From Candidatus Latescibacterota bacterium (GTDB lineage Bacteria > Latescibacterota > UBA2968 > UBA8231): a DNA stretch of 64,000 bases. The position numbers and the translations under genes were made by a program. Where the stretch lies: positions 1,280,001 to 1,344,000 of the forward strand of contig OZ244561.1 of assembly GCA_965217585.1 (NCBI GenBank), given 5' to 3'. Shown piece after piece: positions 1 to 7,718 of this stretch. Position 1 is the stretch's first letter; each line of letters starts with the position of its first letter. Under the pieces are notes generated by a model. The model was not told the DNA's origin and ran no database searches. It was given only the letters and a program-made list of their open reading frames with translations.

Positions 1-73
1 GGTACGTTTGGTTGAACCGCTGAGCGACTCGACAACTCGATTGAGCGCACCGAATTCCGCATCGTGCGCGGGG

Positions 74-100
74 CTGGATTCCCGCTTTCGCGGGAATGAC
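74..100. repeat. REP/dRS3-like palindrome CTGGATTCCCGCTTTCGCGGGAATGAC
   Basis: ATTCCC-N8-GGGAAT core at 78-97 forms a hairpin; matches the widespread GTCATTCCCGCGAAAGCGGGAATCCAG repeat family. Confidence 0.8.
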
Positions 101-145
101 ATGAGTGGGCGGCAGGAAGCCACAGACGATAACGGCTGCGTAACA

Positions 146-226
146 TCAGTCCTTCAGATACTCCTCCAACCCGGCCTCGACCTCGGCAAGCTCGGTCCCA
201 AGCTCCGCGGTCTCCCTCTAGACGGC
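146..226 (-). pseudogene. Possible remnant of the C-terminal coiled coil of a type I R-M methyltransferase (HsdM-like)
   Basis: Minus strand reads AV*RETAELGTELAEVEAGLEEYLKD-stop, resembling HsdM tails (AVQxEIxxLExELAEVxxxMxxYLKE); in-frame TAG at 218-220 where CAG would be expected; no upstream gene body. Confidence 0.35.
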
Positions 227-346
227 CTAATTTGCATACTGATTTAGAATATGTACTTCCCCAGTATCCAGTATATTGTCAAGGTCTTTTTAGTAGCATG
301 AATCGTCCTGACCTTTTTACATAGAACGCCCATAGGTGCCCCAAGC

Positions 347-1195
347 TTAGCTGATTGAATCCCCGGCCCCGATGACGGATCCGCTGCGACCGGCCCGATA
401 CCTACTCACTAACCGGCTGACGACAAAGGCGCAGAGCAGAGAAACTACCGTCAGCCAGACCAGCCATTCGATTCCAGCGCGGGGATACTCGACGTAAATT
501 CGGCCCCAATCAGAATCGTCTTTTAGAGGCAACGCGCGCGGGGCGAGAAGATGGGCCAAGACGCCAGCCTGACGCGCCGGGGCCATACTCCCCACAAAGC
601 CACCGACGTACAGAGGAAATTCCACGGCCTGCCCACAGCCCGTGAGGCGGAGTACGTGTTCGCCGGATCCCTCCGGTCGGAGACGCCATACTAGGCGGTG
701 GAGGGCCGGCTCCCGCACCGAGGGACTTAGCACACCCGTTCCTTGGACCCATTCGATTTTGCAGTCCATTTGAGCCATATCGGCAGCAGGCCGAGCCAGT
801 ACCGCGGTCATCAGCGTTTCAGCACCGCTCGGGATGGGCGCCAAGGCAAAGCGGTAGTGGGCCTGTATCAACAAAGGAGCGCTCGCCAGCAAAGAAAGAA
901 CGAGAGGTGCCAAAAGAATGCTGCTATAGCGCAAATTGGCCTTGAGCAATGCTAGTTGCGCCTGCCAGACCAACAAAGGCTCGCGCCGGTAGAGCCAGAT
1001 CTCGAAAAGGGCGGCCCACAACTCGTCGCGGGCTTGGCGCAGGCGTTCTCTGCGGACCAGCGCGGCGAATATCAGCGAGACCACTATCCCCAAGACGGCA
1101 GCCACGCCGAGGATTTCCGCCCATCTCCCCAGCGCTGCCAAGGGTGCCATACAGGCGTCGAACGCATAGTTGTAGTAGCGGATGAAGGTTTGCAT
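347..1195 (-). CDS. Membrane protein, DUF106/EMC3/TMCO1 (Oxa1 superfamily)-like, with an inserted soluble beta-rich domain
   Basis: Amphipathic N-helix, TM1, charged helical hairpin (ERLRQARDEL...QAQLALLKANLRY), TM2 with Pro, ~130-aa soluble insert, final TM (WLVWLTVVSLLCAFVVSRL); 3 bp from the upstream gene. Confidence 0.55.
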   Translation of the reverse strand: MQTFIRYYNYAFDACMAPLAALGRWAEILGVAAVLGIVVSLIFAALVRRERLRQARDELWAALFEIWLYRREPLLVWQAQLALLKANLRYSSILLAPLVLSLLASAPLLIQAHYRFALAPIPSGAETLMTAVLARPAADMAQMDCKIEWVQGTGVLSPSVREPALHRLVWRLRPEGSGEHVLRLTGCGQAVEFPLYVGGFVGSMAPARQAGVLAHLLAPRALPLKDDSDWGRIYVEYPRAGIEWLVWLTVVSLLCAFVVSRLVSRYRAGRSGSVIGAGDSIS

Positions 1196-1198
1196 CTA

Positions 1199-1393
1199 CT
1201 ACTCCAGATAGCCCAAACCCTTGAGGCGTTCGTCGATTCGTTCTTGGTCCGCAGCCGACGGGGCATTGAGTTCTTTCTCAATGCAGTGAATGACAAATTC
1301 TTCCACACTGCTGTACCCTACCTTTTCGACGTGGGCTTGGGCGCGGTGCCAAAGCTGGTCGTCCAAGGCAATCTTTCGTTTAAAGAGCGCCAT
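1199..1393 (-). CDS. Small ribbon-helix-helix (CopG-like) protein with C-terminal ERLKGLGYLE motif
   Basis: KIALDDQLWHRA...GYSSVEEFV RHH pattern; starts immediately after the AlkP stop codon. Confidence 0.7.
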   Translation of the reverse strand: MALFKRKIALDDQLWHRAQAHVEKVGYSSVEEFVIHCIEKELNAPSAADQERIDERLKGLGYLE

Positions 1394-3391
1394 CTATTCC
1401 TCCCAGATCGAATGTCCCGACATGGCGGCCGGCGAAGCCAGACCGTAGTGCGCGAGGATACTCACCGGAATATCCCGCAGATGGTGCGGGATGGGCTTCA
1501 GCGGTTTATTGCTCAGGAGAACGCCGGGCACCTCTTCGGCCGCCATGCAGTGATCTCCGCTCCAAGGGGAGAGATTATCCTGCAAAACCGCACTCGTCAG
1601 TTGGCCAATGGCCGTGGCACCCGAAGCGCGATACCCCCTCGCATAGCCGATGATTAAGTCCGGTGCCAAGTCCAGATCGGCCCCAGAGTCCGGGCGATAG
1701 ACTTTTTTTACCACCTGCCGACCATCGGCCGGATCCCGCAGGGCGAGCAGATTCTGACTCAGTTCGTCGAGCAGGCTTTCCCGGGCCTCGGGCCGCACGG
1801 TCCCGTGCTGTTCGCGACCCTTGATATTGAGATACAGGGCATTGAGCCCCAGACCATAGGCCCGGGTTTGTTCCCAGCGCACATGCTCCTCGTTGAGGAT
1901 ATGAGCTTGGTCGAGCGACACTTGGGGAGCCAAGGCGAGATAGCCCTCCCGAGCCAGCCACGAATTGAGATTGAAAGAGCGCTCGTACGCGGCAAAGCCG
2001 TGGTCCGAAAGGACGATGATATCCGCGTCTGCCCCCAGCAGTTCGACGGCCTCCCCCAGCAAATCGTCCATGGCGACGTATTGATCGGCAATGGCCTGTT
2101 GGTACGGGGCGAATTCCGCTCGGTGTCCCGGGTGATCGGGTGCCCAAGCGCGCCAGAGCATATGGCAGACCTGATCGAGACTGTGGACGTAAAAAAAGAG
2201 CATACCGGCCGCGAAGCGTCCAAGCTCGTAGCGCAGTTGGCGACGGCGTTCTCCGAGGGCCAGAGCGTCCTGGCGCAAGAATTCTCCGTAGTCAAAAACA
2301 CCCGCTTCGAGAGCTTTGGTATCGTCGGGCATGCCCTGGGTATAGTGCGGGCCAAGAGCCTGGTACAATTCTTCGGCAGCCTCGGGAGGAATGGAAATGG
2401 GCATGGCCGGATTGCCGGGGTGGATATTGACCGGTGTCAGATAGAGTTGTAGAGAGGGGGCTGCGGCCCGCAGGTAAAAGCGGGCAATGCCCTGCAGGCG
2501 TTCCAAGCTGTAGGGCTTGCGCCCGTAGTCTATGGTAATCCACGGACTCCACTCGCCGGCCTGGAGGACCAAGCGCTGTTGGCCGAGGACAATTTCGGCG
2601 GTCTGGTGCTGTCGATCTAGGTAGATCGCAAAATGGGTTTGCACCGGCTCTTCGTCTAGGGTCGGACCGTGGAGGGGCAATTGCGCCCAACTGTTTTCCA
2701 ACTGGACGCCGATTATTTTGCCGCCGGGAACGGCCAATTCCCCCCCGGCCGCTAGGCTGGTGCCCCCGCCTTCGAGGTGCTCCGGCACGGTGTACGGGCC
2801 CTCGGTGTAATAGGTAAAAGTTCCATAGGTCCCCAGCATATCCGGCGTGCCCATGCCCGAGAAAGCGCGCAGGTCGCAGGGACAGAAAAACGGCAGGTTG
2901 CCCAAACTCCCCGCTGGCTGAGAGGGAGGGAAATTGGCCGGCACTTTGAAAATGGTCGTAGGAATACCGCGTTCGGCGAGAATTTCCCAAAAGGGCCGAC
3001 CCCGGCGCTGCAACTCCAACTGGCCGGATTTCCTCCGGCGCGCGGTGGACAGAAAGGGAGTCAGGGAGGCCGGGTCGCGGTGGACGAAGTCGAAAATGCC
3101 GTGATCCTGTGGGTCCAAGCCGGTAATAAAGCTCGACCACGCCACAGGGCTCTGCGGCGGCGCACTGGTTTGCAAGGGTGCAAAACCCCCGCGCCGGGCT
3201 AGGGCCTCAAAGTGGGGCATCCGGCCCTCGGTCATCAACGTCCGCAGAATCTGCGGGTCCATGCCGTCGATGCCCAGCACCAGCAGGCGACCCGGCGGAG
3301 GGCCAGAGCGGCAGACCCAGGACAGGAGGCCGATCAGGGCGATGGCAAGGGCAGTGTTAGGCATTGGGGCCAGCGGCCGGGGCGAATACAT
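1394..3391 (-). CDS. Alkaline phosphatase superfamily / type I phosphodiesterase (NPP-like) protein
   Basis: GIDGMD, PQSPVAWSSFITG (Ser nucleophile), SDHGF and WSGDH motifs; N-terminal hydrophobic segment; true start may be 3364. Confidence 0.9.
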   Translation of the reverse strand: MYSPRPLAPMPNTALAIALIGLLSWVCRSGPPPGRLLVLGIDGMDPQILRTLMTEGRMPHFEALARRGGFAPLQTSAPPQSPVAWSSFITGLDPQDHGIFDFVHRDPASLTPFLSTARRRKSGQLELQRRGRPFWEILAERGIPTTIFKVPANFPPSQPAGSLGNLPFFCPCDLRAFSGMGTPDMLGTYGTFTYYTEGPYTVPEHLEGGGTSLAAGGELAVPGGKIIGVQLENSWAQLPLHGPTLDEEPVQTHFAIYLDRQHQTAEIVLGQQRLVLQAGEWSPWITIDYGRKPYSLERLQGIARFYLRAAAPSLQLYLTPVNIHPGNPAMPISIPPEAAEELYQALGPHYTQGMPDDTKALEAGVFDYGEFLRQDALALGERRRQLRYELGRFAAGMLFFYVHSLDQVCHMLWRAWAPDHPGHRAEFAPYQQAIADQYVAMDDLLGEAVELLGADADIIVLSDHGFAAYERSFNLNSWLAREGYLALAPQVSLDQAHILNEEHVRWEQTRAYGLGLNALYLNIKGREQHGTVRPEARESLLDELSQNLLALRDPADGRQVVKKVYRPDSGADLDLAPDLIIGYARGYRASGATAIGQLTSAVLQDNLSPWSGDHCMAAEEVPGVLLSNKPLKPIPHHLRDIPVSILAHYGLASPAAMSGHSIWEE

Positions 3392-5504
3392 CTCGGCCCT
3401 GCATATACGATGGCGGCTCTATGCCAAAGAGACCCAGAATGGAAGGAGGGATATCGAGCAAGTGGGGATTGCGAATGCCTATTTTGCGGTTGCAGAAAAA
3501 CACGCCGGGCACCAGCCGTGGGTCCACGCAGTGGTCGCCGCTCCAAGGCCGGGTATTGGTCTCAAAAACAGCCTCGGTCACTTGGCCGCTGGCCCCGCTC
3601 CAAGAAGCGCGGTATCCGGCGTTATACCCGATGAGTAGATCCGGGCCATCATCGGTATAAGGACCGCTGAAAGAAGCCGCCGTATCCCAAGCCTTGTTGA
3701 TGGCCGTCTCGCCCGTCTCCTGGTCCACCAAACCGGTGAGGCGGGAGCACAGTTCGGCCTTGAGTTGGCGCAATTCCGTCCCGGGGGCGACAATCCCGCC
3801 GGCTTCGCGGCCCCTGAGATTGATGAATAGGCCGGTCAGGCCCAAGGCAAAAGCCCGGGTGCGGCTCCAGTCAACTTGGGCCAGCCACTCGGCGCTGTGG
3901 GTGCAGCCCTCGTGCAAGCAGAGGTACCCATTTTGCCACAGCCAAGTATTGAGATTGACGCCGCGTTTGAAGGCGCAGAAGCCGTGGTCGGAAATAACCA
4001 TGAGCACGGTCTTGGCGCGGTCGATCTTTTCTAGGGTACGGCCCACTAGATCGTCCATGCGCGCGTACATATCGGGGATGGTATTGGCCAAGCCTTCGAC
4101 TTCCCGACCCCGATTAGCCGGATGGTCGGGATCCAAGGTGCGGAAAAACATGTGCTGGATGCGGTCGGGGCTGTCAAAGACGCAGACTGTGAGGCCCTTG
4201 GGGGTTTTGTCGAGCGCGTGGAAAAACATGGCTTGGCGCTCGTCGTCGAGTAAGTAGGTTTGGTCGAGAAAGGCCTGCTCGTCAATTAAATCGGCATTGA
4301 GTGCATCCGTGTCTTCCGCCAAGCCCACGGTGGCGAACTTGCCCAGGCGTCGGGCGAGGTAGGGGGCATAGGACGGAGGATGGGAAAGGGGCAGGTGGGG
4401 ATGAGTAGGGTCGATTTGAATGGGGGTGACATAGAGTTTGAGCGGTTCGGCTTCAATCAGGTAAAAGCGGCACAGGCCGCGCACCCGAACCCCCGGTCCA
4501 GCGGCAAAGGAGAGCGCTATCCAAGGGGAGTAAACCCGCTTTTGCAGGGCTATTTTTTGCCCTCCGATCACCAGCGTGGCCGACTCGGCGACCGGATCTA
4601 CGGCGAGGTCCATGGCGGCTGTTAGTCTTTTGCCATCCGGGCGCAGGGGATGAGCGGGACCGGGGATGCTGGTGCTGGCCCTACCGCGCTCAAGTTCGAG
4701 TTGGATGCAGCGGCCCACCGAGGTATCTTGGGGCTTGGCTCCGCTAAAAAAATAGGTGCACTCGCCTTGGGTGCCGCGCAGATCTGGCGCGCACATGCCC
4801 GCGAGCAGGAGCCCGGCGAATTTTTCCGGGGGGAAACTGATGGGCACCCGGACAATGGAACTAGGGACGTGGTGGTCGCCCAGCACCTTCCAAAAAGGCT
4901 GACTCCGGCGCAGATTGCGCACCTGCGCCTTGCCCAAGGGCAGCCGATACGGACCGAGCCCCAAGCTTCGGCGCGGGGCACTGATCCGCGCCGAAGACAG
5001 CACGGGCTGGTACGTGTGGGGATCGCGGGTGATAAAGTCGTAAATGCGGTGCCTAGAAGCGTCCACCCCCGTGGCAAAGGCCGACCAAGCCGCCGGCGTA
5101 ATGGCGGGCAGGGTGGTCTGCAAAGGACAGAAGGTCCCCTGCTCGGCCAGCTTTTTAAACGCCGGCAGCCGACCTTCCTCCATCCAGCGCGCCACTAGCT
5201 GAGGATCGAGGCCATCGAGGCCGATGACCACCACGCGCTCGGCGCTTGCTCGGGCTGCAATTTTTTTGCCCCGGTGCCAGCTAAGCAGCAAGCGGACGGG
5301 CAGGACCAGGATGGCGAGCGCGGCGAGAACGAGGGCGGCGAGGGTCCAGAAACCGCTGGCTAGGACAAAGCCAGCGCCGGGGCCGACATAGGCGTCGGCC
5401 CGTTGGGCAAGGAGGCAAATGCCGCTCCAAACGAGGAAGGGGAGCCATGCGGAGACGAGTCGGGGGAATTTATTTTGCGCTGGACTCGAATTAAATTTGC
5501 TCAC
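3357..5504 (-). CDS. Alkaline phosphatase superfamily / type I phosphodiesterase with signal peptide, YVGPGAG motif and TM anchor
   Basis: GLDGLD, AITPAAWSAFATG (Thr nucleophile), SDHGF, WSGDH; paralog of 1394-3391. The ORF extends to 5588, but GTG 5504 is preferred because it leaves room for divergent promoters. Confidence 0.85.
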   Translation of the reverse strand: MSKFNSSPAQNKFPRLVSAWLPFLVWSGICLLAQRADAYVGPGAGFVLASGFWTLAALVLAALAILVLPVRLLLSWHRGKKIAARASAERVVVIGLDGLDPQLVARWMEEGRLPAFKKLAEQGTFCPLQTTLPAITPAAWSAFATGVDASRHRIYDFITRDPHTYQPVLSSARISAPRRSLGLGPYRLPLGKAQVRNLRRSQPFWKVLGDHHVPSSIVRVPISFPPEKFAGLLLAGMCAPDLRGTQGECTYFFSGAKPQDTSVGRCIQLELERGRASTSIPGPAHPLRPDGKRLTAAMDLAVDPVAESATLVIGGQKIALQKRVYSPWIALSFAAGPGVRVRGLCRFYLIEAEPLKLYVTPIQIDPTHPHLPLSHPPSYAPYLARRLGKFATVGLAEDTDALNADLIDEQAFLDQTYLLDDERQAMFFHALDKTPKGLTVCVFDSPDRIQHMFFRTLDPDHPANRGREVEGLANTIPDMYARMDDLVGRTLEKIDRAKTVLMVISDHGFCAFKRGVNLNTWLWQNGYLCLHEGCTHSAEWLAQVDWSRTRAFALGLTGLFINLRGREAGGIVAPGTELRQLKAELCSRLTGLVDQETGETAINKAWDTAASFSGPYTDDGPDLLIGYNAGYRASWSGASGQVTEAVFETNTRPWSGDHCVDPRLVPGVFFCNRKIGIRNPHLLDIPPSILGLFGIEPPSYMQGRDVFAPAAGPNA

Positions 5505-5602
5505 AACGGAAGACCGATATCGGGGTATCTCTTTGTGGCTTTTGTTAATATACAACAATATTCCCTGGGTCTCGCTATACTTCCTCAAAGGGAGAAAACG
5601 CC

Positions 5603-7108
5603 ATGATAAACATCAACCGAGGAATCCTACTAGCCCTGATGGCCCTAGCGGCTTGCGCGTCCGCTCTGAGTGCCCAAGCCCCGGAGCGCATGGAGCCGAC
5701 CGCCCCGGCCAGAGCCGCGTACCTGACTTCGACGCCCTGGCTGGAAGTGGTCGAAAAGGAGGTGCCGCCCCTCCAACATTCACGGGCGGAGCGCTGGCCC
5801 ATGATCATGTGGCACGGCGTGGGTTTTGCGCCGCTGGCCGCAGACCAAATCCAGATGCTGTTGGCGCGCGGCTTGACGCAGCATCTGCGTTTGGACCAAG
5901 GCATGATCGACGCGGCCAAAGCTCTGCAGGAGGCCGGATCGCCGGTGATTTTCATGCAGGGCAATGCCGGGGCTTGGCCCTATTCTCTGGCCGCTGATTC
6001 AAGTGCCTGGGCGCACCAATTCGACGCCGGCTACCACTATAAAATGGCGGGCAGAGGAGCCTTGGGATCGTGGCACGGGGCCTGTCCCAAGATGATCGAG
6101 GGCTGGGAGGTCATGGCCGACCAAGTGCGCGATACGCTGGGTGCCTTTCGGGCGGGCGGGGTTACGGTCGATGCGGTGTGGATGGATTGGGAAGGGGATC
6201 CCTATCCCTGGAGCCACCTATTCAAACAGCTCGCGCACTGCAAGCGCTGCCGGGTGCAATTGCCGCCGGAGGTGCTGGCAGACGAAGACCAGTACTGGGC
6301 CTATTACTGGCGGCACTACCAACAGCTCTACGGGGCGTACCTAGCTGGGCCGGTGCGCGAAATTTTCCCCCTGTGCTCCATCACCAACTGGCACACTGTG
6401 TATTCCACCCAGACCGAGCCCTTGCTCTACTTCGTCAATAACCGGGTATTGCCGCCGGGCATCCCCCCTTTGTTTACGGCCACCAATCCCGTGGCGTACG
6501 GCAACGACAAATTCTGGCAAACAGCGTGGCAAGACGAGTACCCCCTAGACCAGCGCCACGTCAACCAGCTCCACATGCACAATCTGCTGCGGCAAATCTC
6601 CGGCGATGCGGCCAACCGCCTAACCTATGGGCCGGAAGTGGCCAGTTTTCCCTGGGTGGCGCGCTGGTGCCCGATTGTAAACCACCGGGAGGACGAAACC
6701 CCGTACATGAGCCGGGAGGCGTACCGCGAGGCCCTGCGGCACATGTGGCTGCGCGGCATCGACGGCATGCAGCTTTTCAATGCTTGGCGCGAGGGGTACG
6801 AGGAAATCGCTCTGTTTGAAGTGCTCGATGCAGTCGCCGTGTACGACGAAATGCTCGGCTACCGCGACTTTCTCGACGCCGGCCAAGTGATGAATCTAAC
6901 GGGGCCGGCCGTGCAGGACGAGGGGGTGCTGTGGTCGGGTTTGCGCTTGGAGGAACGGGCCGTCGTGCGGCTGTTCAGCCAGGGTGAACGCGCGGCCCGT
7001 TTCGAGATAGAAGTCTGGCCCGGGCACGAGATAGAACTGGAGGCACCCACCGAGGGCCGCACCTATGTGCTGGGGAGAATGGACTCTGGGGTGGAAGTCT
7101 TGGAGTGA
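5603..7108 (+). CDS. Secreted hypothetical protein, possibly glycoside-hydrolase-like TIM barrel
   Basis: RBS GGGAG; Sec signal (ALSA-Q); aromatic-rich; VDAVWMDWEG and CKRC motifs. Confidence 0.6.
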   Translation: MININRGILLALMALAACASALSAQAPERMEPTAPARAAYLTSTPWLEVVEKEVPPLQHSRAERWPMIMWHGVGFAPLAADQIQMLLARGLTQHLRLDQGMIDAAKALQEAGSPVIFMQGNAGAWPYSLAADSSAWAHQFDAGYHYKMAGRGALGSWHGACPKMIEGWEVMADQVRDTLGAFRAGGVTVDAVWMDWEGDPYPWSHLFKQLAHCKRCRVQLPPEVLADEDQYWAYYWRHYQQLYGAYLAGPVREIFPLCSITNWHTVYSTQTEPLLYFVNNRVLPPGIPPLFTATNPVAYGNDKFWQTAWQDEYPLDQRHVNQLHMHNLLRQISGDAANRLTYGPEVASFPWVARWCPIVNHREDETPYMSREAYREALRHMWLRGIDGMQLFNAWREGYEEIALFEVLDAVAVYDEMLGYRDFLDAGQVMNLTGPAVQDEGVLWSGLRLEERAVVRLFSQGERAARFEIEVWPGHEIELEAPTEGRTYVLGRMDSGVEVLE

Positions 7109-7174
7109 TGCTCGTCCCATCCGGCCGGGCGCTTGCAGCGCATGCAAAACGCCCGATGTCTCCTTGGCATCGGG

Positions 7175-7490
7175 CCCCGAAATCGTCCGCGTGTCCGCGT
7201 CAAACGTCAAGCCAGCAGGCAAATCGAAGACGCGGTACGTTACCCCGCCTTCACCGCCCATAGCTTCCGGCAGTTGCAGCGCGGTAATCGCCGCCTCAGC
7301 GGTGTACGCTTGGTCTGCGACCGCCCCGGCGAAAGCAAGGGCCATCCCGCTGTCGTCCTCATCGTCCATCCCGCTATCGTCGGCCTCGTCGTCGGCCAGC
7401 TCATCGTCCTCGCTGTCGGCCTCGTCGTTGTCGTCGATCCTGATATTGATCAGAGCTTGGTGTCCACTCGACGAAGTAGCCTGCACAGCG
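7175..7490 (-). pseudogene. Fragment of a surface protein: acidic linker plus truncated putative Ig (He_PIG-like) domain
   Basis: VADQAYTAEAAITALQLPEAMGGEGGVTYRVFDLPAGLTFDADTRTISG; lacks a signal peptide and breaks off after ISG. Confidence 0.6.
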
Positions 7491-7516
7491 AAGGCCCTAG
7501 GACCATCGGCCGTCGC

Positions 7517-7665
7517 GGCGCGTGGTCCCGGGCGTGATGGTGTCGTCGTTGTATCGCGTGGGGTAGCACGCGCACCAGATGTCGAACGTCCCGTGCTGGT
7601 TCGTGTAGTTCACCAGCGACGTCCACGACGTGCTGCCGTCGGGGGACCATTCGATCTTGTAGCCG
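7517..7665 (-). repeat. 149-bp copy of 10106-10254 (partial FN3 domain)
   Basis: Direct alignment by eye, about 5 mismatches in 149 bp; orphan fragment downstream of the 7719 stop. Confidence 0.9.
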
Positions 7666-7718
7666 CCGGCTCGATCCCGGCCGAGAGGATGCGGTCGGCG
7701 GCGATCTCCATGCAGGGC

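Noticed and set aside
218-220. TAG readthrough or alternative genetic code
   Set aside because: TAG terminates many intact genes here at conserved C-termini (e.g. 7719, 11433, 24685, 60901)
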